Assembly: GCA_963719425.1 (NCBI GenBank)
Contig: OY970382.1
Coordinates: 742,477 to 806,476, forward strand
DNA length: 64,000 bases
Origin: an uncultured bacterium
GTDB lineage: Bacteria > Patescibacteriota > Minisyncoccia > UBA6257 > 2-01-FULL-56-20
Direction of reading: 5' to 3'
Shown here: positions 55,915 to 64,000 of the stretch, one piece after another
How positions within the stretch are numbered: the first letter of the stretch is position 1
Layout of the letters: each line of letters starts with the position of its first letter
The notes under the pieces: model-generated
Database searches by the model: none
Told to the model about the DNA's origin: nothing
Seen by the model: only the letters and a program-made list of their open reading frames with translations
Position numbers and translations under genes: made by a program

Positions 55915-57285
55915 CTAGCTTTTATAAATCATATCCTTGATTGTTAATATCTTTTGGTTAAGTGTGGAGCTTCTGTTGATTTCTTGGTTAATCTTTTCAT
56001 AAGAGTGGATGGCGGTAGTGTGGTCTCTCCCCATTTTCTCCCCAATGTACGGGTAGGAAAGTTCTGAGATCTCCCGAAGCAAGTACATGGCAATCTGACG
56101 CGGCTCCACCACCTCCTTCCTGCGGTTGTGGCTTATGATGTCCTCAAGGGAAACACCGAAGAATTCGGCAACCGCCTTCAATATCTGGGCGTCGCTCACC
56201 CGCTTGGAGACGTTCTTGGTTGATTTTTCTATAATTTCCTCTGCAAGCGCTTTTGTGATTTCGACCCCCTTTTGCTCTTGGAGAAAAAGCAATTTTTTCA
56301 ATATTCCCTCAAGCTCGCGGATGTTTTTCCTAAGGCGGCGCGCAAGGAGATCTATGATATCCTCGCCCAGGCTGCGGTTCGCTTCCAAAAGCTTGCTCCG
56401 GACGATGGCGACGCGCATCTCGTATTCTGGGTAGCCGATGTCCGCGACGAAGCCGCCCTCAAAGCGGGACCGCAGGCGCTCCTCAAGTGTAGGGAGAGAC
56501 TGTGGGGGTCGATCGGAAGAGATGATAATTTGCTTACCCCCCTCGTACAGCGCATTGAAGGTGTGGAAAAACTCCTCTTCAGTTTTTTCCTTCCCGCCGA
56601 TAAACTGAATGTCGTCTATGATGAGCACATCAACGTCGCGGTATTTTTTCTTCACGCTTTCGATTCGGTCGTTGCGCAACCCCCAGACCACCTCGCGGGT
56701 ATACTGCTCGGAGGGAACATATTTTGGCTTCACCCTCTTCCCGTTCCGCGCGACAATCTCGTTGCCAATCGCTTGGATGAGGTGCGTTTTCCCGAGCCCC
56801 ACGCCGCCATACACGAAAAACGGATTATATTTTCCGATATGCTCCGCGATGGACTTCCCCGCGGTGAACGCGAGCTCGTTGGAGGGTCCCACCACAAACA
56901 TAGAGAAGGTGTAGCGGGGATTTAAATTGGTTTCAGGATCCGCCTTGTTGAAATCCAATTCTGCTGGAACAAGCGTAGTGAGGTCGTTTGTGTCCGTCAT
57001 GCTCTTTTGGGGTACGGGCGCCCGCTGCCCTATGACGAACTCCACCTTTTTGATTGAGCTGTCCATATTGCGCAGTATCCCAAGGATGTTTTTTTGGTAC
57101 TTGTCCTCGACCCAGGACTTGGCGAAATTATTCGGCAGAGCAACGTACAAAGTACCCTCTTCGCGTTCTATAGGCTTGCTGCTCCTGAGCCACATTGAGA
57201 AGCTCGCCTTCGTGAGTTGGATCTCCATTTCTCCCAATGTTGATTGCCAAAGCTTCTCGAGATCCATGTTGTTGTTTATTATCAA
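55915..57285 (-). CDS. dnaA: Chromosomal replication initiator DnaA
   Basis: FVYGGVGLGKTHLIQAIG Walker A. C-terminal DNA-binding domain. Confidence 0.9.
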   Translation of the reverse strand: MIINNNMDLEKLWQSTLGEMEIQLTKASFSMWLRSSKPIEREEGTLYVALPNNFAKSWVEDKYQKNILGILRNMDSSIKKVEFVIGQRAPVPQKSMTDTNDLTTLVPAELDFNKADPETNLNPRYTFSMFVVGPSNELAFTAGKSIAEHIGKYNPFFVYGGVGLGKTHLIQAIGNEIVARNGKRVKPKYVPSEQYTREVVWGLRNDRIESVKKKYRDVDVLIIDDIQFIGGKEKTEEEFFHTFNALYEGGKQIIISSDRPPQSLPTLEERLRSRFEGGFVADIGYPEYEMRVAIVRSKLLEANRSLGEDIIDLLARRLRKNIRELEGILKKLLFLQEQKGVEITKALAEEIIEKSTKNVSKRVSDAQILKAVAEFFGVSLEDIISHNRRKEVVEPRQIAMYLLREISELSYPYIGEKMGRDHTTAIHSYEKINQEINRSSTLNQKILTIKDMIYKS

Positions 57286-57405
57286 CCCTTACGCCCGCCT
57301 CGTCAAAAAGTCAAACCCCGCCGTTTGTGGATGGGATGTGCATAGCCTGTTGCAATGCCCACGACTCGCTGGCATATTTTTAAATCCCATGATAAACTCT
57401 TCAAG

Positions 57406-57540
57406 ATGTCATTTACTTACAGTCCCAAAAAGAAAAAAAGGAAAAGGACACACGGGTTTTTGCGGCGGCAACGGGCAGCGGGTGGCCGGCGCATTCTCGC
57501 GCGGCGTAGGGCGAAAGGGAGGCGGCGAGTCAGTGTCTAA
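57406..57540 (+). CDS. rpmH: Ribosomal protein L34
   Basis: [44 protein letters not shown]. Confidence 0.85.
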   Translation: MSFTYSPKKKKRKRTHGFLRRQRAAGGRRILARRRAKGRRRVSV

Positions 57541-57545
57541 CGGCG

Positions 57546-57878
57546 ATGCTCTCTAAGTCATCACGGTTGCCGAGCCGGGATTTTAGGGCGGGGAGGTGGG
57601 GAATGGTATCAACGCCATACTTTGTATTGAAAAAAAAACCAAACACGCAAGAGAAAATCAGGGTTGGGGTCGTCGCAAATGCCTTCGTGCACAAGAGTGC
57701 TGCGAAAAGGAACTTTTGGAAGCGGCAGGCGAAAGCAGCACTCCTCGCGGCTGACGGTACGGGCACCGATTTCCTTGTCATCCTCACTCCGAGAATCAAC
57801 ACCATTACCAAGAAGCAATTTAGGGAGCTTTTATACCGGACCTTCCTTCCCGACACAAAAGACGATCGGCGACAATGA
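57546..57878 (+). CDS. rnpA: RNase P protein component
   Basis: 110-aa basic protein immediately downstream of rpmH. Confidence 0.8.
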   Translation: MLSKSSRLPSRDFRAGRWGMVSTPYFVLKKKPNTQEKIRVGVVANAFVHKSAAKRNFWKRQAKAALLAADGTGTDFLVILTPRINTITKKQFRELLYRTFLPDTKDDRRQ

Positions 57879-58594
57879 GCTATCTCTATCAAACCATCCT
57901 TTACCGACCCATTCTTAATCTTCTCGTTTATTTTTACGAGACGATCTCATTCCGCGACCTCGGGATCGCCATAGTATTCGTCACTATCCTCATCCGCCTG
58001 GTGCTTTATCCATTATTCCACAAGGGTGCCAAACAGCAGATGCTGATGCAGCGCATCCAGCCGAAAATTAAAAAAATCCAGGAGTTGCACAAAAACGACA
58101 GGGAAAAGCAAGCGCAGGCGCTGATGGAACTTTACAAGGAGCACGGGGTAAGTCCCTTCTCAAGCATCATTCTTCTCATCATTCAACTACCAATCATGAT
58201 TGCCCTTTACTGGGTGGTGCGTTCTGCGCTCGCGCCTGGGCAGCTCGCAGGGCTATATTACTTTGTGGCGGTGCCGCAGGCCATCAACCCCTTCTTCCTC
58301 GGTGCCATCAATCTCGCGGCCCCGAGCATTGTCCTTATCCTCCTCGCTGCACTCGCCCAGTACTTACAGGCGCGCCTTGCCATCTATCGGGTTCCCGGGA
58401 GCAACGCGCCGCTTTCTCCCGCGGAAAAGATGGCGCGGCAGATGGTCTTTATCGGGCCTCTCGTCACCATTTTTATCTTCTACAGCTTACCCGCTGCCGT
58501 CGGCCTCTACTGGCTTGTCACATCACTCTTCTCCGTAGGACAACAACTGATCATCAACAAGCATTTCAAAAAAGGAGAGACCGCGGCGGTGTAG
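57875..58594 (+). CDS. yidC: Membrane protein insertase YidC (short form)
   Basis: 239-aa YidC/Oxa1 core with 5 TM helices. Confidence 0.85.
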   Translation: MSYLYQTILYRPILNLLVYFYETISFRDLGIAIVFVTILIRLVLYPLFHKGAKQQMLMQRIQPKIKKIQELHKNDREKQAQALMELYKEHGVSPFSSIILLIIQLPIMIALYWVVRSALAPGQLAGLYYFVAVPQAINPFFLGAINLAAPSIVLILLAALAQYLQARLAIYRVPGSNAPLSPAEKMARQMVFIGPLVTIFIFYSLPAAVGLYWLVTSLFSVGQQLIINKHFKKGETAAV

Positions 58595-58667
58595 CGGAGC
58601 GCCCGCAGATGCCGAGTCCTCCTCCGCGGCTTGATTTCAGCGCGGGAGTATGGAATAGTACCTTGAA

Positions 58668-59102
58668 ATGGAGAGTTGGGAAGCGATTACCAAAAACATC
58701 GTGGAGGCAATGGGATTCCGCGATTATCGGCTGGAAATAAAGCCGGAGGAAAAGCACGGCTCGCTTTTCATTTACGACGGCGGGAATCTTCTTAAAGAAA
58801 ACCTCGCCGCCATTGTAGAGAGCGTGAACCATCTTTTTCAAATGATTGCGAAGAAGAATCAGATTGACCTCTTCTTTCTTGACGTGAATAATTACCGGCA
58901 GGAGCGCGAGAACTTGATTGCCGAACTTGCGCGCGCGGCGGCGAAGAAAGCAGTCGCGACGAAAAGCGCGGTGCCGCTCCCTGCGATGAACTCGTACGAA
59001 CGGAGAATTGTGCACGCGGAACTCGCGTTGCATCCCGAGGTGACGACTGAGAGTTCGGGAGAGGGAAAGGAGCGCTATGTGGTTATAAAGCCACTTTCGT
59101 AG
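58668..59102 (+). CDS. Jag/KhpB-like R3H RNA-binding protein
   Basis: YERRIVHAELALHPEVTTESSGEGKERYVVIKP R3H motif. Confidence 0.75.
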   Translation: MESWEAITKNIVEAMGFRDYRLEIKPEEKHGSLFIYDGGNLLKENLAAIVESVNHLFQMIAKKNQIDLFFLDVNNYRQERENLIAELARAAAKKAVATKSAVPLPAMNSYERRIVHAELALHPEVTTESSGEGKERYVVIKPLS

Positions 59103-59107
59103 CAGTC

Positions 59108-60388
59108 CTACTGCGCGGCGGTGGAAGTGCCGAGCGAGAGCCCGTAGAGCTTTTGATCGTAGCGGTTGACAAAGAAGAGCGTCTTATTGAAAACACGGAG
59201 ATCGGTTGCATCTATGGATTGCACAGGAGAGAAGATATTATCTACCGCGCCCGTGTCGGTGTGGATACGATAGAAATCGTCCGTTGTGAAAAATGACAAC
59301 TGCTCATAATCATCCGGCAAATGGGCGCTCGCGAATTTATTCTGGTTCTGCGGCACCGCACAGTACAGCGCGAGGTAGGGCATTGCTGCGTAAGAAGAGG
59401 TCGCCGTGGAGGAAGCCACTATAGAGGAAGTCGCGACGGTTTCATAGTTGAACACACATTTTGAAGGGAGGGTTAAAAAATTCAGATCCTGCAAGCCAGC
59501 GGCGCCGGGACTCCAAAGGGAAAGTATGCCGCCACTGTTTCCCAGGCTCGGGCTTGAGAAAATGAGCCCCATTGAACTCGTGGTATTGCTCCAAGCCGTT
59601 TCAAGGCCGTAGTTTCCTGACGGGATCGCGGCGAGCGTTTTTGCTTGGAGATCAAACAGCCACGCTGACTCCTGCGCGTAGGCGCTTGGTTTGTCGCAAA
59701 GTACCAATCGGGTTTTGTTCGGCCACAGAAGTGAGAAGTCGCTCATGCCAATAGTGAGGAGGAAGGAAGGATTGGCGGCGGTCTTGGAAACGTCAAGAGT
59801 CGCAAGCGTCTGGGTACCGTCAGGATTGTTTTTGAAATAAGCGATGCGATAGTCGCTCGGCGACCAGACGGGCGAAACAATACCCTCGGGGAGAGGAGTC
59901 CATGCTTTAGTAGCCAGATCAAAGATACTCGTCTGGGGGCTTCTTTGGTCGCCGAAATTCACCAGCACCTTCGCGCCGTCAAAGGAAAAGCTCGCGCCCA
60001 GCAGGCCTTGTATTTCCGCTGAGCTTAAAAAAGCTACCTGGCCAGCGGTGATGCCGGCAATCTTCCCGTCCGGTTCTATAACCGTCACGTCATTTTTCGC
60101 ACCAACGAAATAATCAAGAACCGGTTCGTCTGACACTATGCCGAATTGTACCGCACTGGCCCCGTTGCTCGGTGCGTTGCCCGTGATTGGGCTGCCAGCC
60201 GCGCCGCTGTTCGATCCCCCCGTCGTGTTGGCACCGGACGGTGCCAACACGGAGGGAAGATTGCCGGGAGCAGTCCCAGTTTGTGCCGGCACGGACGTGC
60301 TGCGCGACGAAAGCAGCAAAAGAAAGAGTGCCACGGCAGCCACGACAACAAGTAGGATTATTATGTAAATGATGATTCTTCGCGACAT
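59108..60388 (-). CDS. Hypothetical membrane-anchored surface protein
   Basis: 426 aa with N-terminal TM and Ser/Thr/Gly-rich linker. Last gene of the operon running from 64000 down to 59108. Confidence 0.45.
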   Translation of the reverse strand: MSRRIIIYIIILLVVVAAVALFLLLLSSRSTSVPAQTGTAPGNLPSVLAPSGANTTGGSNSGAAGSPITGNAPSNGASAVQFGIVSDEPVLDYFVGAKNDVTVIEPDGKIAGITAGQVAFLSSAEIQGLLGASFSFDGAKVLVNFGDQRSPQTSIFDLATKAWTPLPEGIVSPVWSPSDYRIAYFKNNPDGTQTLATLDVSKTAANPSFLLTIGMSDFSLLWPNKTRLVLCDKPSAYAQESAWLFDLQAKTLAAIPSGNYGLETAWSNTTSSMGLIFSSPSLGNSGGILSLWSPGAAGLQDLNFLTLPSKCVFNYETVATSSIVASSTATSSYAAMPYLALYCAVPQNQNKFASAHLPDDYEQLSFFTTDDFYRIHTDTGAVDNIFSPVQSIDATDLRVFNKTLFFVNRYDQKLYGLSLGTSTAAQ

Positions 60389-60391
60389 GGC

Positions 60392-60745
60392 TTAATGGGT
60401 AGATGACGCGGTAAGCGTAGGGAGTACGGGGTTATTCAAAGTGACAATCTGGGGATTAATTGTTTGCAGAACGATGTAGGCGCCAGCAAGGAGAAGAAGG
60501 CCGAGGAGGGCATTGGTAATCCAGCTTTTCCCCTCTGATTCCGCGGTGGGGTTGCCTCGCCCCGTTGCGTACTTTATACCTCCAAAAACAATAGCTCCGA
60601 ACGCCAGAATGCCCGAGAACAAGAGGGCGAAAGTGTAGAAACCCGCGACGACTCCCGGGAAGGTGCTGCTGGAATTTATTCCAGGCAGATTGGAGTTGAT
60701 AGTGATTGTGGCGGCGAGCGCTTTAAGCGGCAGGTAGTGGTTCAT
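60392..60745 (-). CDS. Small two-helix membrane protein, possible VirB2/TrbC-like pilin
   Basis: 117 aa with two hydrophobic helices separated by a short polar loop. Sits in the VirB4 operon. Confidence 0.4.
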   Translation of the reverse strand: MNHYLPLKALAATITINSNLPGINSSSTFPGVVAGFYTFALLFSGILAFGAIVFGGIKYATGRGNPTAESEGKSWITNALLGLLLLAGAYIVLQTINPQIVTLNNPVLPTLTASSTH

Positions 60746-61473
60746 TGGGTTGTCTTTGTAAGCACGACGCTCGCACTGGCGCCAACCGATGGGTTGTCGC
60801 CCTGTCGGATTGAGAGGTTTATTGAGAGAGAATAGCCGCTCGGTGCGTCACTGCCCAGATTAACGGTAAGGTCTTGGGGGTTCTCCTGCGTCGCCACGAC
60901 TTGGCCGTTTACCATCCATTGGAAGGAAAGCTTGTCAAGCCCCGCCACATTGAAGAAATAGGGGAGAGCTTGCACTGACACGGACGGTTGGGAAAAAGTA
61001 TTGCCTTCGTAAGGGGCGGCAATGACTACGCGCGGACTCGCCAACTGGAAGTGGACGGTATTAACGAGGAAGCCGCCGGGGAAGTCGGGAATTTGCGCTC
61101 TCAAGGATACGATTTCGGCGTACCCCGGGGCGCTGAAAGTTATACTTTGCTTGCCAATGCCGCCGCCCAAGAAATTATCATCCATATACCAATAAACAGT
61201 GTAGGAGGAGAGATCAATGGGCTTCCCGTTGGAAATCGCCGTGACGGAAGCGGAAACCTGGGAATTGATCCCGGGCAGCGCTTTTCCGTGGTAGCCGGGC
61301 GGCACTTCGCTGCTCAGTGCGCTCCAGGTGATGAGGAGCTGAGGTCTGGAGTTTAAGGTTTGCGCGCTGGTTCTCACGACAAACGCCAAGGCAATCAAAA
61401 CTGCGGCCGCGAGCACAGGAGTCATGATGTTGGAGCGGAGCTTTGAGGCAAAACCCCTGCGGAGAACTTCCAT
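60742..61473 (-). CDS. Hypothetical secreted/membrane-anchored protein
   Basis: 243 aa with N-terminal TM/signal. 4-nt overlaps with both flanking genes. Confidence 0.45.
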   Translation of the reverse strand: MEVLRRGFASKLRSNIMTPVLAAAVLIALAFVVRTSAQTLNSRPQLLITWSALSSEVPPGYHGKALPGINSQVSASVTAISNGKPIDLSSYTVYWYMDDNFLGGGIGKQSITFSAPGYAEIVSLRAQIPDFPGGFLVNTVHFQLASPRVVIAAPYEGNTFSQPSVSVQALPYFFNVAGLDKLSFQWMVNGQVVATQENPQDLTVNLGSDAPSGYSLSINLSIRQGDNPSVGASASVVLTKTTQ

Positions 61474-61513
61474 AATATTATTGTATCACACCGCGCCCCG
61501 CTATTCCCTCTGC

Positions 61514-62401
61514 TTATTCCTCTAGCGGTGGCGGCGGCGGCGGTGGCGGTGGTGGCGCCTTTTCTATGTCTTTGACGGTTCTCGCCTGCCCTGGTCTCGC
61601 TTGCCGCGCCCCAATGTGTGGGACAGTATCTTCTTCTTGGGCTGCCCGTGCCTCCCTCGCTTTTTCAGCAAGGGCTTGGATCCCTTCCGCTGACGACGGG
61701 AATTCTTCCTCCATGGCCGCCGCAGGGAGTGCCGCCTCCTCAATTTCTTCAAACTTTTTCTCCGCCTCCGCCTCCGCTCTCTCGCGCACCCCTTCTTCCG
61801 TCTCTCCTGCCTCTTCCGCTCCTATTCCTCCGGTGGGCGCTTCTTCGCCAGATGGCGGAGTCCCTTCCGCTTCTGGTCCTGCGAGCCCTTCCGCGCTTGG
61901 GGTCTCTCCTGCGCGGCCCCGGGGGACGCTGACTTCTGTTGTGGGCGGTACGCCCACACCTCCGCCCGGCACTCCTCCCTCCGTCGGGGTAACTCTCGCT
62001 GTGCTTGCGCCCCCCACGGCCCCTTCTTCCAATTCCCCTTTTCCTTCCGCTGCCTGCACCGCCCCCCCAATTTTTTCTATGGCCGCCGTGGCCTTAGAGG
62101 GATTGTTATGGAGCCGCACGAGGAAAAAAAACGTAATGACGTCTATAAAAGGATCAGCCAGATCCGCGATCGGTATCGCACTGTCAGCTTCCGAGCCTGC
62201 GTTTGCGCCGAACATAACAAGCTGGGCGGTGCCGCTCATTCCTCTGAGGTTGAGGTAGATCTGGGTGAAAGCAAAGTCAAAAAGCGGTCCAATAAACGGG
62301 AGAGGAATGTCGAGCAGCCCGAAAACAAAAATCAGTATTTCAACAAATATTTCTTCGGTGAGCGATATTTTTGATTGTTGTGGTTGGGCCTCTTCATCCA
62401 T
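61514..62401 (-). CDS. Hypothetical membrane protein with Gly/Pro/Glu-rich tail ending in an 11-residue proline run
   Basis: 295 aa. The poly-Pro is encoded by ggtggcggcggcggcggtggcggtggtggcg at ~61527..61557. Confidence 0.45.
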   Translation of the reverse strand: MDEEAQPQQSKISLTEEIFVEILIFVFGLLDIPLPFIGPLFDFAFTQIYLNLRGMSGTAQLVMFGANAGSEADSAIPIADLADPFIDVITFFFLVRLHNNPSKATAAIEKIGGAVQAAEGKGELEEGAVGGASTARVTPTEGGVPGGGVGVPPTTEVSVPRGRAGETPSAEGLAGPEAEGTPPSGEEAPTGGIGAEEAGETEEGVRERAEAEAEKKFEEIEEAALPAAAMEEEFPSSAEGIQALAEKAREARAAQEEDTVPHIGARQARPGQARTVKDIEKAPPPPPPPPPPLEE

Positions 62402-62427
62402 ATGAATGGTAGTCGCGCCGAGGCGCT

Positions 62428-64000
62428 CTACAGTTCTTTTTTCTCCTCAAGCAGCTGCTCCGGATTCGTGGTGATAATCTGGTCCTCAAAATACGACGGC
62501 ACGATTTGGATCGCGACATGGCGTTTGCCGGCAAAGAAAATTCCCGTGCCCACCTCTGCGCTCAAAAGGAAGTTTTTTTCCGCGTCCGTAAGATCAAATG
62601 CCTTTGCCACGATGTCAATCGTCGCCGGCGCCTGCTTCAAAAGCATTTGGAGAGATGAGTTCGTGATAATGGGGCGCCCGTAAGGGGAGCGCAAAAAGTC
62701 TTCCACGTCTTGCGTGATCGTGGAAACGCCGAGGAAATATTTCCGTGCGCGCTTCACAAGGCCGAAAAGGAACGTGGCCGAGTCGTCATTCTTCATCATG
62801 ATCCACGCCTCATCAATGAAGAGCAGCCGCTTCGCGAGCTTTGCGCGGATCAGGCTCCAGATGAAGTTCAGAACGACGAACATCCCAATGGGACGCAGCT
62901 CCTCCTCAAGATCGCGGATGGAGAACACGATGAGGCGGTTATTGACGTCAATGTTGGTCGGCTGGTTCAGGAGCCCCGCGAAGCTTCCTTCGGTGTATTT
63001 ATAGAGCTTCTCCGACATGCCCCTGCCTCCCTCAAGGTTGCGAAGAATGGTAGCAAGATCGCCCAGGAGCGGCGGTTCTTTTCCCGCGAAATTCATTCCG
63101 ACGACGATTTCGCGCGAGGCGTAGGTTTCCGTAATCGCGCGGTCAAGGATGGCGTCCTCTTCGGGGGTGAGCTTCCCCAACATAAGCTTAATCAGGCTCG
63201 CGAGCGTCACGATATGCGAGCGGAGGACATCGGACGGCGTCTCGTCCTCGGGGACGAGTGGGAGATCAAACGGGTTGACATGCTCGTGCCCCGAGAGCGA
63301 AATATTGAACATGCTGCCGCCGAAGGTCTCGGCGAGCCGTTGGTATTCGTTTTCCGGGTCAATCACAATCACCATATCCACGCCTGCCATGAGCGAGCGG
63401 ATGATCTCCAGTTTCGTCGTGTACGACTTGCCGGAGCCGGACTTTGCAAAAACCACTTGATTTGCGTTCTCCAGAGAAAATCGGTCAAAGATCACAAGGT
63501 TGCTGTTGTGCAGGTTGATGCCGTACATAATTCCCTGATTTGAGGAAAGGTCCTCCGAAACAAACGGGAAGAATGAGGAAATCGGGCTCGTGTTCATTGG
63601 CGTGTAAACTTGAAGCTTGTCCTCGTTGAGAGGAAGGACTGAGAAAAGCCCTTCCAGCTGTTCAAAAAGCGCCGGCTTCAGATAAATGAGCTTCGCCTCC
63701 ATCATACTTATGAGCTTGCTCTCCAGCCGCGCGAGATCGTCGGTCGTGTCCGCGTAGATCGTGATGTAGACGCCGGTGTCAAAAAGTTTTTCCTGCGATT
63801 CTTGGAGGGAATCGCGCAGCCCTTCCACGTCTTTGATGGCGGTCTCCAGCATCGGATTCCGCACAAGGCCCTTTTCTTCCTCGTCGTTCAGCTGCGACTC
63901 CAGCTGGCCGGCCTTCTTGCGGAGATTTTTGAGCGCCGTGCCCGTATCAATCGGATTTACAAAAATGGAAACGTCAAAAAGATTGGGGAGGTTGATAAGC
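62428..64000 (-). CDS. VirB4/TrbE-family type IV secretion ATPase (5' end outside the window)
   Basis: FAKSGSGKSY Walker A, LFIDEAWIMM Walker B. The frame stays open to the window edge. Confidence 0.8.
   Translation of the reverse strand, partial: LINLPNLFDVSIFVNPIDTGTALKNLRKKAGQLESQLNDEEEKGLVRNPMLETAIKDVEGLRDSLQESQEKLFDTGVYITIYADTTDDLARLESKLISMMEAKLIYLKPALFEQLEGLFSVLPLNEDKLQVYTPMNTSPISSFFPFVSEDLSSNQGIMYGINLHNSNLVIFDRFSLENANQVVFAKSGSGKSYTTKLEIIRSLMAGVDMVIVIDPENEYQRLAETFGGSMFNISLSGHEHVNPFDLPLVPEDETPSDVLRSHIVTLASLIKLMLGKLTPEEDAILDRAITETYASREIVVGMNFAGKEPPLLGDLATILRNLEGGRGMSEKLYKYTEGSFAGLLNQPTNIDVNNRLIVFSIRDLEEELRPIGMFVVLNFIWSLIRAKLAKRLLFIDEAWIMMKNDDSATFLFGLVKRARKYFLGVSTITQDVEDFLRSPYGRPIITNSSLQMLLKQAPATIDIVAKAFDLTDAEKNFLLSAEVGTGIFFAGKRHVAIQIVPSYFEDQIITTNPEQLLEEKKEL

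Noticed and set aside
61525-61558. Simple GGC/GGT trinucleotide repeat
   Set aside because: It is the coding sequence (minus strand) of the C-terminal poly-proline run of the 295-aa membrane protein, not a non-coding microsatellite or CRISPR-like array.
1-64000. CRISPR arrays and rRNA genes
   Set aside because: No regularly spaced short repeats and no rRNA-like conserved stretches were seen anywhere in the window.

Overview
64-kb window from a roughly 55-60% GC bacterial chromosome. Gene content looks streamlined and Patescibacteria/CPR-like; this is an impression and was not tested. The window holds the replication-origin neighbourhood (dnaA-dnaN, divergent from rpmH-rnpA-yidC-jag), many core genes (TrpRS, IleRS, ArgRS, SmpB, Maf, IF3-L35-L20, PolX, a ClpC-like ATPase, UDG, MurE-like ligase, RuvA/RuvB/RuvC, CTP synthase, PBP1A, a PilB-type ATPase), one tRNA-Arg(CCG), and a probable tmRNA. 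The headline feature is an accessory block at about 8.8-21.4 kb carrying a complete diversity-generating retroelement (DGR): a target gene with a C-terminal variable repeat (VR), a template repeat (TR), an Avd-like gene, and a DGR reverse transcriptase. All 19 VR/TR mismatches sit on TR adenines. The same block holds phage-like hypothetical genes, ~105-bp direct repeats, and a large serine recombinase whose last codons overlap the 3' end of the tmRNA candidate, which is the layout expected for an island integrated into ssrA. Other notable observations: a histidine-phosphatase domain inserted inside the zinc knuckle of IleRS, an AT-rich islet abutting tRNA-Arg, a structured intergenic region with a 16-bp perfect palindrome, and a VirB4/pilin-like operon next to the origin at the right edge. 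Several ORF-track start codons are TTG/GTG shown as M; where an in-frame ATG with better context exists I give that coordinate.
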